A stretch of DNA of 64,000 nt from an uncultured delta proteobacterium. GTDB taxonomy: Bacteria; Desulfobacterota; Binatia; UBA9968. The stretch is from assembly GCA_963737905.1 (NCBI GenBank), contig CAVTUQ010000030.1, positions 1-64,000 on the forward strand, written 5' to 3'. The notes beneath the pieces are model-generated. The model saw nothing but the letters and a program-made list of their open reading frames with translations, did no database searches and was not told the origin of the DNA. The number at the start of each line of letters is the position of its first letter. Position 1 is the first letter of the stretch. Positions 9,599-18,952 of the stretch are shown piece after piece. A program made the position numbers and the translations under genes.

Positions 9599-9613
9599 GC
9601 AAGGCTCGTGCCA
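9599..9613 (-). promoter_or_regulatory. sigma54 -24/-12 promoter for doxX-ferritin-kinase
   Basis: TGGCACGAGCCTTGC, perfect consensus. Confidence 0.8.
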
Positions 9614-9763
9614 GAAGAAAAACTAAACTGTTTTCGGATTCTTTTCATTCTAACGAAAAAAAATTCCCAATTTTCGGGATTTAGCCGATGAGATTTCCCA
9701 ATCCTGCGAAAAAAATTTCCCGCGGCTAAGACAAGACATGAAAACTGTAAGGAAAACCATCGG

Positions 9764-9778
9764 AGGCACAGAAATAGC
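9764..9778 (+). promoter_or_regulatory. sigma54-like promoter for pfp-gap-CBS
   Basis: AGGCACAGAAATAGC (GG-N10-GC). Confidence 0.55.
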
Positions 9779-9831
9779 AAGTTGACTGGTACGATCGGAA
9801 AACATCGGCAAAGCACGGCGGAACAATAGTC

Positions 9832-11148
9832 ATGGCACAAGAACCTTCAAAAACAATGAACGATCACATTGGCATCTTGGTGGGAGGCGGTCCTGCACCC
9901 GGAATCAATGGGGTTATCAGCGCCCTCACCCTCGAGGCGCGCAGTCGCGCCCATAGAGTAATTGGTCTCTACGACGGCTTCCAGTGGCTAATAAAAGGGG
10001 ATACCAAGCACGTTAAGGAACTGGATCATGACGACGTTTCTCGGATTCACTTCCAAGGCGGGTCGTTCCTTAATACGTCGCGAGCCAATCCGACAAAAAA
10101 CACAGGCGATCTCCAAAATGTCATTACCACCCTCGATGCTCTAAAGATCGGTTATCTCGCCACGATCGGCGGTGACGATACCATGTTTGCCGCGAGCCAA
10201 GTCGCAAAGCAGGCCGCAGGCCGAATCCGCGTTTGTCACATACCGAAGACCATCGATAACGATCTGCCGCTTCCGGGAGAGATCCCCACATTCGGCTTCG
10301 AGACCGCCCGGCAACACGGCTTTGAGCTGGTACAAAATTTAATGGAGGACTCGCGGACCACCGGTCGCTGGTATTTCGTGGTCGTCATGGGACGTTCCGC
10401 GGGCCACCTGGCCCTGGGCATCGGCAAAGCCACCGGCGCAACGCTGACGATTATTCCGGAGGAGTTTCGCGGCCCGGTCCATTTGGAAACGGTCTGCGAT
10501 ATCCTTGAGGGAGCCATTTTGAAACGAAAGGCTTTGTGGAACCGCGCCGACGGCGTGGCGGTGGTTGCCGAGGGATTGCTCGAACGCGTTCCAGCAGAGG
10601 AGCTTGCCTCCATCGAGGGTGTTCGTATCACCCATGACAGCTACGGCCACTTGCGCCTCGCAGAGCTGGATTTAGCGTACATCCTAAAGACCCTGTTGGA
10701 ACAGCGCTTCGCCGCTCGCGGAGCGCCGATCACCGTAGTTCATAAGAACATCGGCTATGAACTGCGGTCCGCTTCACCCATCGCTTTTGATTGCGAATAC
10801 GTTCGTACTCTTGGCTATGGGGCGGTGGAATTTTTTCTGAATCGCAGTCAGGACGCCAAAAAGCTGAACGGCGCTTTGATCTGTCTCGTGGATGGCAAGC
10901 TGCAATTTCTGGATTTCACCCAGCTCCTCGATCCAAAAACCGGAAAATCGCGGATTCGTGTCGTGGATATCAACAAACCGTCTTACAAAATCGCCCGCGA
11001 GTATATGATCCGATTGGAACGAGAAGATCTTGAAGACAAAGAAAAACTTAGAGTCCTGGCCGAGGCAGCATCGAGCCACAGCAAGAGCTACAGCCCGGAT
11101 GAATTCCGAACCAGATTTCAACATCTGCTAGACCCAGGAGGAGGGTGA
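9832..11148 (+). CDS. pfp: Pyrophosphate-dependent phosphofructokinase
   Basis: GGGPAPG, GGDD and PKTIDND (PPi-type residues), MGR, GYELR; alternative start at 9856. Confidence 0.88.
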   Translation: MAQEPSKTMNDHIGILVGGGPAPGINGVISALTLEARSRAHRVIGLYDGFQWLIKGDTKHVKELDHDDVSRIHFQGGSFLNTSRANPTKNTGDLQNVITTLDALKIGYLATIGGDDTMFAASQVAKQAAGRIRVCHIPKTIDNDLPLPGEIPTFGFETARQHGFELVQNLMEDSRTTGRWYFVVVMGRSAGHLALGIGKATGATLTIIPEEFRGPVHLETVCDILEGAILKRKALWNRADGVAVVAEGLLERVPAEELASIEGVRITHDSYGHLRLAELDLAYILKTLLEQRFAARGAPITVVHKNIGYELRSASPIAFDCEYVRTLGYGAVEFFLNRSQDAKKLNGALICLVDGKLQFLDFTQLLDPKTGKSRIRVVDINKPSYKIAREYMIRLEREDLEDKEKLRVLAEAASSHSKSYSPDEFRTRFQHLLDPGGG

Positions 11149-12162
11149 ATGAATGCCAGAGTAGCGATCAACGGATTTGGCCGCATTGGACGATTGACCT
11201 TGCGGACTATTCTCGGGCGGCACAAGAAGAATCTGACGATCGTCGCCATTAACGACATGGCCGATCCGCAAACCAACGCGCACTTGTTTCGCTACGACTC
11301 GACGTACGGAATATTCCCGGGCAAGGTTGAAGTAGGAGAAGGGATTCTCAAAATTGACGGGCTCAACGTTGCGGTCACGAATCAGAAAGATCCTTCACGC
11401 CTGCCATGGAGACAATTGGGCATCGACATCGTTATTGAGTCCACCGGCGTCTTCACGGATGCGGCCCAGGTGCGGGCTCATCTCGAAGCTGGCGCCAAAA
11501 AGGTGATCATCACCGCTCCGGCAAAAGACGAGGATATTACGCTGGTTTTGGGAGTCAACGATGCTGCCTATGATCCCCGCAAACACCACATCGTCTCTAA
11601 TGCATCCTGCACGACCAACTGTTTGGCGCCGGTTGCGAAGGTGATCCACGACCATTTCGGCATTGAGCGCGGTTTGATGACGACCATCCACTCTTACACG
11701 AACGATCAGCGGATTTTGGATCTCATGCACACAGACCTGCGACGAGCTCGCGCTGCCGCCATGAATATCGTTCCCACCAGCACCGGCGCGGCAAAGGCCA
11801 TCGGCCTGGTCATGCCGGAACTCAAAGGAAAACTGCACGGCTTGTCTTTGAGGGTGCCGACTTCGACGGTTTCCGTGGTAGACCTCGTAGCGGATCTCAA
11901 AAAATCGGCTTCGGTGGAGGATTTAAACCATGCCCTCAAGCAAGCCGCCGAGGGCAAACTCGAGGGAATATTGGCCTATTGCGACGAGCCCTTGGTTTCC
12001 AGCGATTTTCGTGGTAATTCGGCTTCATCGATAGTGGATGGCTTATCCACCGTGGTGCTAGAGGACAAAATGGCGAAAGTTCTGTCTTGGTACGATAACG
12101 AATGGGGCTATAGTTGCCGCGTCGGCGACCTGGCGACACTGATGGCAGAAAAAGGACTCTAG
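11149..12162 (+). CDS. gap: Type I glyceraldehyde-3-phosphate dehydrogenase
   Basis: [25 protein letters not shown]. Confidence 0.97.
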   Translation: MNARVAINGFGRIGRLTLRTILGRHKKNLTIVAINDMADPQTNAHLFRYDSTYGIFPGKVEVGEGILKIDGLNVAVTNQKDPSRLPWRQLGIDIVIESTGVFTDAAQVRAHLEAGAKKVIITAPAKDEDITLVLGVNDAAYDPRKHHIVSNASCTTNCLAPVAKVIHDHFGIERGLMTTIHSYTNDQRILDLMHTDLRRARAAAMNIVPTSTGAAKAIGLVMPELKGKLHGLSLRVPTSTVSVVDLVADLKKSASVEDLNHALKQAAEGKLEGILAYCDEPLVSSDFRGNSASSIVDGLSTVVLEDKMAKVLSWYDNEWGYSCRVGDLATLMAEKGL

Positions 12163-12175
12163 GAGGAATCCGCAA

Positions 12176-12565
12176 ATGATTGCCAAAGATATAATGACCA
12201 GAGATATCATCACCGTGACTCCCACGATGACAGTGAAAAATTTGGCGATGACCCTGATCAAAAATCAGATCAGCGGTGCGCCGGTCTCGGCCAGGAACGG
12301 CAAGATCGTCGGGGTCGTTTCCGAAGCCGATATCGTCGCCAAGAGGGGTAAAGACGTTAAGGCGATCATGAGCAAGAAAATCATCAGCGTCAAAGAAGAG
12401 ACGCCGGTGGAGCAAATCGCCCAGCTCATGACGACCCACAAGATAAAACGGCTTCCGGTCATGCGCGACGATAAAGTCGTGGGCATCGTTAGCCGCGCCG
12501 ATATCGTCAGCGCCATCGCCTTGGGCAAACACGTCGCGCTCCATACCCCGGTTTACGATCTGTAA
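12176..12565 (+). CDS. Stand-alone CBS-pair protein
   Basis: Two CBS repeats (ISGAPV...GVVSEAD; IKRLPV...GIVSRAD). Confidence 0.9.
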   Translation: MIAKDIMTRDIITVTPTMTVKNLAMTLIKNQISGAPVSARNGKIVGVVSEADIVAKRGKDVKAIMSKKIISVKEETPVEQIAQLMTTHKIKRLPVMRDDKVVGIVSRADIVSAIALGKHVALHTPVYDL

Positions 12566-12720
12566 CTCACTTGTGGACCGAGCCGGTGAGCATCGCAGCC
12601 AGTGGCACAGAAGCGTGAAGCCATACTGACTTCTTGGCGTTCCGCTATAGACCCGCGTTTCATCTTCACTCTCGTTCCCCCACTCTAGTTTGTAGGACCA
12701 ACTTCCCAGAGCCCGAACGG

Positions 12721-13164
12721 CTACGCTGCGTCATCGCCCGTCGAAGGTGGAAACATCGACTCCAGATACTCCCCGAGAATTCGACACACGTCGATGGAGG
12801 AAAGAATGCCGGCTAACTTTCCACGCCGGACGACGATGGCCGAACCGATGTGACGCTGCGCCATACCGATAACGACTTCACTGAGCGGAGTGTCAAAGGC
12901 AACGACGTAAGGATTGAAGACCATGATATCGCGGGCATAAAACCTCGCCTTGTCCTCCGGCGAAGCGCTGCGTTTGATCAAGTGATGCAAGTCCCGCTCG
13001 GTGACGACCCCTACAACCTTTCCATTCTCCTGAACCGGCACGTGGCGAATCCGATGCTCGTCCATCAAACGTTCGATGCTCGAAACCGGCTCGTGGGTCT
13101 CGACGAAGTAAGGAAATGACGTCATAACAGCGCCGACGAGCGGCATCTTTTTGTGCGGTTTCAT
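12721..13164 (-). CDS. Stand-alone CBS-pair protein
   Basis: IRHVPV...GVVTERD; IGSAIV...GILSSID. Confidence 0.88.
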   Translation of the reverse strand: MKPHKKMPLVGAVMTSFPYFVETHEPVSSIERLMDEHRIRHVPVQENGKVVGVVTERDLHHLIKRSASPEDKARFYARDIMVFNPYVVAFDTPLSEVVIGMAQRHIGSAIVVRRGKLAGILSSIDVCRILGEYLESMFPPSTGDDAA

Positions 13165-13296
13165 GTGAGTTCATCCCTTCTGACCCGAGTCGTTTGCTCT
13201 GCTTGGCCCGCTATATGAGGAGTCGAAATCGCCGAGGGCTGGCGATAGCTTCCTACGCTAAAACGAACGCTTTCCCGGCACAGTTTCCGCATGGCG

Positions 13297-14001
13297 TCAT
13301 ACGAGATATTCTACCGGCAGTGGCACTTCCTGCACGGAACCGTAGACTGCGCGCATGGAGTAGGCCCGCGCGCCGCGCCTTGAAGAAATCACGCTGTGAA
13401 GCTCCGTGCCGATGAAGTGAATGCCTGTCCAATCCTCGATCGCAAGACCGGCGGCGATCTCGCCGTTAGCCAGGAGCCGGTGATACGAGGGGCGGCGATC
13501 GGCTTCGCCGTCGTAATGAGGACAGCAACTCCCCGGCAGAAATCCGAGACAATCAAGAGAACGCAGCTCGCCGGCCCATGAATCCGTCACCCCTTGCTCG
13601 AACCAGCAAATCGCCCCGGCGCTAACCCCTGTCAGCACGATGCCCGATTCCCATGCTTCACGGAGCATTTCCGGAAGATCCCACTCACGCCAGACCGCGA
13701 GCATGCTTTTCGTATTTCCACCACCCACAAAGATCACATCTTGGTTGAGGAGATAGCTTCGAAGATCCGGTGTTCTTTTGAAGAACGACAGATGCGAAGG
13801 ACGGCAACCGAGTTTCAAAAACGCCGTGTAGAAACTGACAAGATAACTATCCGGCTCGGCGCTGGCAGTAGGCACAAACGCTACTCTAGTCCCCGCAGTA
13901 TTCGTCTGTTGAAGAATGTAGCGCTCCAAGCCGAGATTTTGCGGATCCCGATAGAATCCGCCTCCGCCGATGGCGATGATCTGTCTCTTTCCGTCTGCCA
14001 T
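13297..14001 (-). CDS. Peptidase E (S51 family)
   Basis: FVPTAS, VGGGNT, GVSAGA, CPHYD. Confidence 0.9.
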   Translation of the reverse strand: MADGKRQIIAIGGGGFYRDPQNLGLERYILQQTNTAGTRVAFVPTASAEPDSYLVSFYTAFLKLGCRPSHLSFFKRTPDLRSYLLNQDVIFVGGGNTKSMLAVWREWDLPEMLREAWESGIVLTGVSAGAICWFEQGVTDSWAGELRSLDCLGFLPGSCCPHYDGEADRRPSYHRLLANGEIAAGLAIEDWTGIHFIGTELHSVISSRRGARAYSMRAVYGSVQEVPLPVEYLV

Positions 14002-14019
14002 GAGAGTACTATCTCCCCT

Positions 14020-14430
14020 TCATTGTTTCCTTTCCCGAGCGAGTTTACGAAGTTCCCCTCTGGCCTGTTCTGCTATTCTTTGATATCCGGCACGGATGCG
14101 ATCGAGTTCTTCCTCTTCAAGCTCTTCCAAGTCTAAAAGGGCGTTTTGTGCGCCTTTCATTACGTGAATCAATTCATCCAATTTTACCTGCATCGCTTCG
14201 GAGTCCCGGTTCTGTGTGCTCTGGATAAGGAACACCATTAAAAACGTGATAATGGTTGTGCTCGTGTTTATTATGAGTTGCCATGTATCGCTAAAGCCGA
14301 ATATTGGCCCCGTGATTGCCCACACGACGATAACAGTCACGGCCAGCATAAAAGTGACGGGTCTGCCGGTCAAACGAGCCGTCAATTTGGTAAACCGCGT
14401 AAACCATGATTTGGATTTTGTCGGTCTCAT
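14020..14430 (-). CDS. Low-affinity iron permease (Fet4) family protein
   Basis: FSDTWQLIINTSTTIITFLMVFLIQSTQNRD...KLDELI. Confidence 0.9.
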   Translation of the reverse strand: MRPTKSKSWFTRFTKLTARLTGRPVTFMLAVTVIVVWAITGPIFGFSDTWQLIINTSTTIITFLMVFLIQSTQNRDSEAMQVKLDELIHVMKGAQNALLDLEELEEEELDRIRAGYQRIAEQARGELRKLARERKQ

Positions 14431-14454
14431 GCTTTAGCTCCCGTGATTCGAAGA

Positions 14455-15396
14455 TCAGCGCTTCGGATCTTCACGACGTTCCAACGAATTGCGATCCCAT
14501 CCAGCCAAATTCGCCGCCGCCTCATACGTCGTCTGCAGGAAGTCGAGAAGTGTCTCATCGGGAGAATCGGACTGGCGGACGGCGTCGTACGCAAGGATGA
14601 ATTCGTGGAGATCCGTCGAGTAAAATGCCGCGTTCGGTTTGACTGGCGCCTTTGAGAAGCCATCAGGTTCGGGATAGGCATACGAATAGAACGCCGGATA
14701 GAGAACAGCACCGCCGCCTGGCCAGAAGCCGCAGCTACTGACTTCGTGCGAATAGGCCTCCCGTGCCACTCGGTCCGGTAGGTTGGGAACGCCGCCAGGA
14801 TGCTCGGGAGCTCTACGCCCGCAGAAACGGGTGACGGCCAGGTCGGGAGCGCCCCAGAAAAAGTGCACGGGGCTGCATTTACCGATGAAGCGCGCGCGAA
14901 ATTGTTTGAAGACACGATCTGCCTGGATCAAGATCCGCCAGAACCGGTTCGCGTAGTCAGGATCGTATGCTGCGTGAAGTTCGTCTTGGTCGAACCGGAT
15001 GGCATCGGCAATTTCATTGGGTTTCTTCTGGATCTGCACGTGTAGCTCGAGCTTCCCCATCTCCTCCGTCAAGCGTTTATAAAACACCGCCACCGATTGC
15101 GGTTGGAGCGGAACCGTGGCAACGCCGCCATCGCTAGACTGGATAGTCAACTGATGACTGATGAAGTCAAAGTCGATTTGGAACGTCCTCGTACCATAAG
15201 GAATAGGGGAAGTGGTGAGCCCTCTAGCTGTAACGTAAAGCGTTACGTGCCACGAGTGATTGATCCACGGACTTTGAGCGAGACGAATCTTCCCGACGAT
15301 CTGCGTCCACATGTGTAACGTGGCACAAGTATCGCTCCAAGCCTCGAGAGCCAGGCTTGGCCACGCCTCAGGACGCGAAGCTGTCGATATGTTCAC
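14455..15396 (-). CDS. DUF5996-family protein
   Basis: TLHMWTQIVGK, SPVHFFWG, EAYSHEVSSCGFWPG. Confidence 0.8.
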   Translation of the reverse strand: MNISTASRPEAWPSLALEAWSDTCATLHMWTQIVGKIRLAQSPWINHSWHVTLYVTARGLTTSPIPYGTRTFQIDFDFISHQLTIQSSDGGVATVPLQPQSVAVFYKRLTEEMGKLELHVQIQKKPNEIADAIRFDQDELHAAYDPDYANRFWRILIQADRVFKQFRARFIGKCSPVHFFWGAPDLAVTRFCGRRAPEHPGGVPNLPDRVAREAYSHEVSSCGFWPGGGAVLYPAFYSYAYPEPDGFSKAPVKPNAAFYSTDLHEFILAYDAVRQSDSPDETLLDFLQTTYEAAANLAGWDRNSLERREDPKR

Positions 15397-15470
15397 AAGT
15401 CCTCCTTCCGTTGCGCGCGTTAGCGTCGAAGCTGAGCGAATAAGAGTTCACCGTGCCGCCGCGGGAGCAA

Positions 15471-17390
15471 TTATGCCGGCTTCTTACTCAAGCCACCGGG
15501 ATAGCCTAACGCCGCCAAGTCTGTCGTAATTTCATCGAGAATCGCCGGATCGTCGATGGTCGGCGGGAGCCGGTAGTCGACTCCGTCGGCAATCTTCTTG
15601 ATGGTACCACGCAAAATCTTGCCCGATCGAGTCTTGGGCAGCCGCTTGACGACCATCGCGACTTTGAAGGACGCCACCGGGCCGATCCGCTCGCGTACCA
15701 TCTCGACCACTTCCGTAACGATCTCGCCGTGAGCACGACGCACGCCCGCTTTGAGCACGATCAGACCCAACGGAATTTCTCCCTTGATTGTGTCGGCTAC
15801 TCCCACAACAGCACATTCGGCGACGTCGGGATGCGCTGCCAGCACCTCCTCCATCGCACCGGTCGACAAACGATGGCCGGCGACATTGATGATGTCGTCC
15901 GTACGGCTCATGATCCAGAGGTAGCCATCCTCATCTCTATAACCTGCATCCGCAGTCAAGTAGTAGCCGGAATAACGGCTCAGATATGACTTCCGAAAAC
16001 CTTCGTCGTTGTTCCACAGAGTGGGAAGGCAACCGGGCGGCAGCGGAAGCTTGATGACGATGTTGCCGATTTGACCTCCCGAAAGCTCCTGGCCGTCATC
16101 GCTCAGCGCGCGGACGTCATACCCCGGAACGGGTTTTGTGCATGACCCGGGTTTCACCGTAAGCTTCCCCAAGCCAACGCAATTGGCTCCGATTGGCCAT
16201 CCGGTTTCGGTTTGCCACCAGTGATCAATGACCGGAACACCGAGCTGTTTCTCGGCCCAAAGGAGCGTATCGGGATCGCACCGCTCCCCAGCAAGAAAAA
16301 GGGTGCGGAAACAACTCAAATCATACTTATGCATGTAATCGCCGGTAGGATCTTCCCGTTTGATGGCCCGGAAAGCCGTCGGTGCTGTAAAGAGAACTCT
16401 CACACCGTGCTGGGAGATCAACCGCCAGAAAGCGCCGGGGTCGGGAGTGCCGACCGGTTTGCCCTCGTAGAGAATCGTCGTGTTGCCGTTGAGAAGAGGG
16501 GCATAGACGATATAGGAGTGGCCCACTACCCAACCCACGTCAGACGCGGTCCAGAACACCTCACCCGGCTCGACGCCGTAGATATTCTTCATGCTCCACT
16601 TGAGCGCAACCATGTGGCCGCCATTATCGCGGAGGATTCCTTTAGGAAGGCCCGTCGTGCCTGAGGTGTATAGGATATAGAGCGGATCGGTTGCGGCAAC
16701 TGGAACACAATCGACCGGCTTGGTGTCCGCCATCAGTTCCGACCAGTCGAGATCACGGCCGGCGATCATTGACGCCGTTGCTTGAGGACGCTGGAGAACA
16801 ATGCACCGCTCGGGCTTCACTGATGCGATCTCAATTCCCCTATCGACCAGGGGTTTATAAGGAACCACCCGGTCCACTTCGATGCCACAGGAAGCCGAGA
16901 TGATCAGTTTAGGTTGCGCATCATTGATACGACTGGCCAGCTCATGGGCGGCAAAACCTCCGAAGACGACCGAGTGAATCGCCCCAATCCGGGCACAGGC
17001 CAGCATGGCAATGACCGCCTCTGGCACCATCGGCATATAGATGATGACCCGGTCTCCTTTTTGAATCCCCTGGCGTATCAGCACTCCGGCAAAACGCGCC
17101 ACTTGATCCAACAACTCACGATAGCTGAAGGTTTTGATTGTTCTGGCAACGGGGCTGTCGTAGATGAGAGCAGGCTGGTTTCCTCGGCCCTGTTCGACCT
17201 GCCGATCGAGGGCATTGTAGCACGTGTTAACCGTGCCTCCGGTGAACCAGCGATAAAAAGGAGGACGGGAAGTATCGAGAACCCTGTCCCATCTTTTGTA
17301 CCAATGAATCGCTTCGGCTACTTCGGCCCAGAAACTCTCGGGCGCGTCGCGCCATCGGGCATAAACTTCTTCGTATGCACCCTTGATCAT
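15471..17390 (-). CDS. prpE: Propionyl-CoA synthetase
   Basis: YTSGTTGLPKG, RDNGGH, DHWWQTETG, PKTRSGKILR. Confidence 0.88.
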   Translation of the reverse strand: MIKGAYEEVYARWRDAPESFWAEVAEAIHWYKRWDRVLDTSRPPFYRWFTGGTVNTCYNALDRQVEQGRGNQPALIYDSPVARTIKTFSYRELLDQVARFAGVLIRQGIQKGDRVIIYMPMVPEAVIAMLACARIGAIHSVVFGGFAAHELASRINDAQPKLIISASCGIEVDRVVPYKPLVDRGIEIASVKPERCIVLQRPQATASMIAGRDLDWSELMADTKPVDCVPVAATDPLYILYTSGTTGLPKGILRDNGGHMVALKWSMKNIYGVEPGEVFWTASDVGWVVGHSYIVYAPLLNGNTTILYEGKPVGTPDPGAFWRLISQHGVRVLFTAPTAFRAIKREDPTGDYMHKYDLSCFRTLFLAGERCDPDTLLWAEKQLGVPVIDHWWQTETGWPIGANCVGLGKLTVKPGSCTKPVPGYDVRALSDDGQELSGGQIGNIVIKLPLPPGCLPTLWNNDEGFRKSYLSRYSGYYLTADAGYRDEDGYLWIMSRTDDIINVAGHRLSTGAMEEVLAAHPDVAECAVVGVADTIKGEIPLGLIVLKAGVRRAHGEIVTEVVEMVRERIGPVASFKVAMVVKRLPKTRSGKILRGTIKKIADGVDYRLPPTIDDPAILDEITTDLAALGYPGGLSKKPA

Positions 17391-17842
17391 CGGATGTTCC
17401 TCCTTCCTCCTAGGTTACCTATGTGACCGATTGTTCAATCGCCAGTCCTTCGAAATCGGCGTCGGCCACACGCCGGGCAGACAGCGCGACGCTAATTGGT
17501 AGCATTGAAATACGAACGCCTTGTTGGGGCGCAGGAGTTTCACTCTCGGCGTGACCCACGCGATATCATCGGGGCCATGCGATACGAATACGCTCACTGC
17601 CGTGACGCAATGCCTCCACTATTTGCGGAAACTGGGTGTCAACCAGCGACAGCAATTCTCATTGTTCTTTACTCCGCCGCCACCCTTAACTCAAATTGAA
17701 ATTGCAGAGGCTGATTAGGATTTCCCGATGCGAGTGTCCGCTAGCAAGGGCTCTCTCTACGATCCTCTTACTTTAGTGTGACATGTGCGGATTTTTTAAG
17801 TAGAGTGAAGCAACCGTCCCTCTTATTAACTTTTATCCAGCA

Positions 17843-18904
17843 ATGAAAAACTCACTCGCATGGCCTGTCTTCGCGGGGTTGCTAATCGCGATCACTTCCC
17901 TTTTCGTCAGAGCCGAAGATCCGCTTTCACGTCCACCGGTAAAAGCGCAGGAGACCCACCTACAAAACTTGACGCAGCTCACCTTTGGTGGACAGAATGC
18001 CGAAGCGTACTTTTCCTTCGACGGCACAAAACTCATCTTCCAATCCACCCGGCCTCCCTTTGAGTGCGATCAGATCTTCAGCATGAATGTCGACGGGAGC
18101 GATGTGAAACTCCTAAACAGCGGGAAAGGCCGCACGACTTGCGGGTTTTTCTTTCCGGATGGCAAGCGGTTCATCTATGCCTCCACGCATCTAGCGGGCG
18201 ATGCCTGCCCACCGGCGCCGGATCGAAGCCAGGGGTACGTCTGGCCCATTTATCCCGCGTATGAGATCTTCAGTGCCAATCTCGACGGTTCCGGATCGAT
18301 GCGATTAACGAAACCTCCGGGTTATGACGCAGAGGGAACCATCGCTGCTGATGGCAAAAAGATCGTTTTCACCTCTATGCGATCCGGAGATCTCGACATC
18401 TACACGATGAATGCCGACGGAACCGGCGCCAAGCGGCTCACCTCCGAGAAAGGATACGATGGCGGGCCCTTTTTTTCCTGGGACGGCAAAACCATTGTCT
18501 ATCGAGCCTACCACCCGAAGACCAAGGACGAGCTGAAGGAATACGAATCCCTGCTCGCGCAAAACCTGATCAAGCCAACGAGGGCAGAAATTTTCACAAT
18601 GTCTGCCAATGGGATCAACAAACGGCAAGTAACCCATAACGGGGCGGCGAACTGGGCGCCATTCCTGCACCCTAACAACCGGCAGATTATCTTTTCGTCA
18701 AATCTGCACGATCCTGAGCGGCGGACTTTTTCCCTTTACGTTATCAACGTGGATGGAAGCGGCCTGGAGCGGGTTACCCACGAGGCTCGATTCGACAGCT
18801 TCCCGATGTTCTCACGGGATGGCAAGAAATTGGTCTTCGCCTCCACGAGAAACGCCAAAGAGCCCCGGGAATTCAACATCTTTATAGCCGACTGGGTTCG
18901 GTAA
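17843..18904 (+). CDS. Periplasmic TolB-like PD40 beta-propeller protein
   Basis: Signal peptide; repeated FSxDG motifs; NAEAYFS, GYDGGPFFS. Confidence 0.85.
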   Translation: MKNSLAWPVFAGLLIAITSLFVRAEDPLSRPPVKAQETHLQNLTQLTFGGQNAEAYFSFDGTKLIFQSTRPPFECDQIFSMNVDGSDVKLLNSGKGRTTCGFFFPDGKRFIYASTHLAGDACPPAPDRSQGYVWPIYPAYEIFSANLDGSGSMRLTKPPGYDAEGTIAADGKKIVFTSMRSGDLDIYTMNADGTGAKRLTSEKGYDGGPFFSWDGKTIVYRAYHPKTKDELKEYESLLAQNLIKPTRAEIFTMSANGINKRQVTHNGAANWAPFLHPNNRQIIFSSNLHDPERRTFSLYVINVDGSGLERVTHEARFDSFPMFSRDGKKLVFASTRNAKEPREFNIFIADWVR

Positions 18905-18952
18905 GACCGACTCTTTCACTTCCACTACCTTCCCGAACCCCCGAACCAACGG

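Noticed and set aside
9547-9840. N-terminal extension of the DoxX ORF in the ORF track
   Set aside because: Runs through the promoter region; the SD-supported start is at 9546
13204-13290. sigma54-like strings TGGCCCGCTATATGA and CGGCACAGTTTCCGC on the plus strand
   Set aside because: They point into the 3' end of an oppositely oriented gene and have weak -12 elements
17415-17700. Possible gene remnant or riboswitch upstream of prpE
   Set aside because: No recognisable riboswitch consensus; the faint hydrolase-like HGPDD fragment is too weak to call
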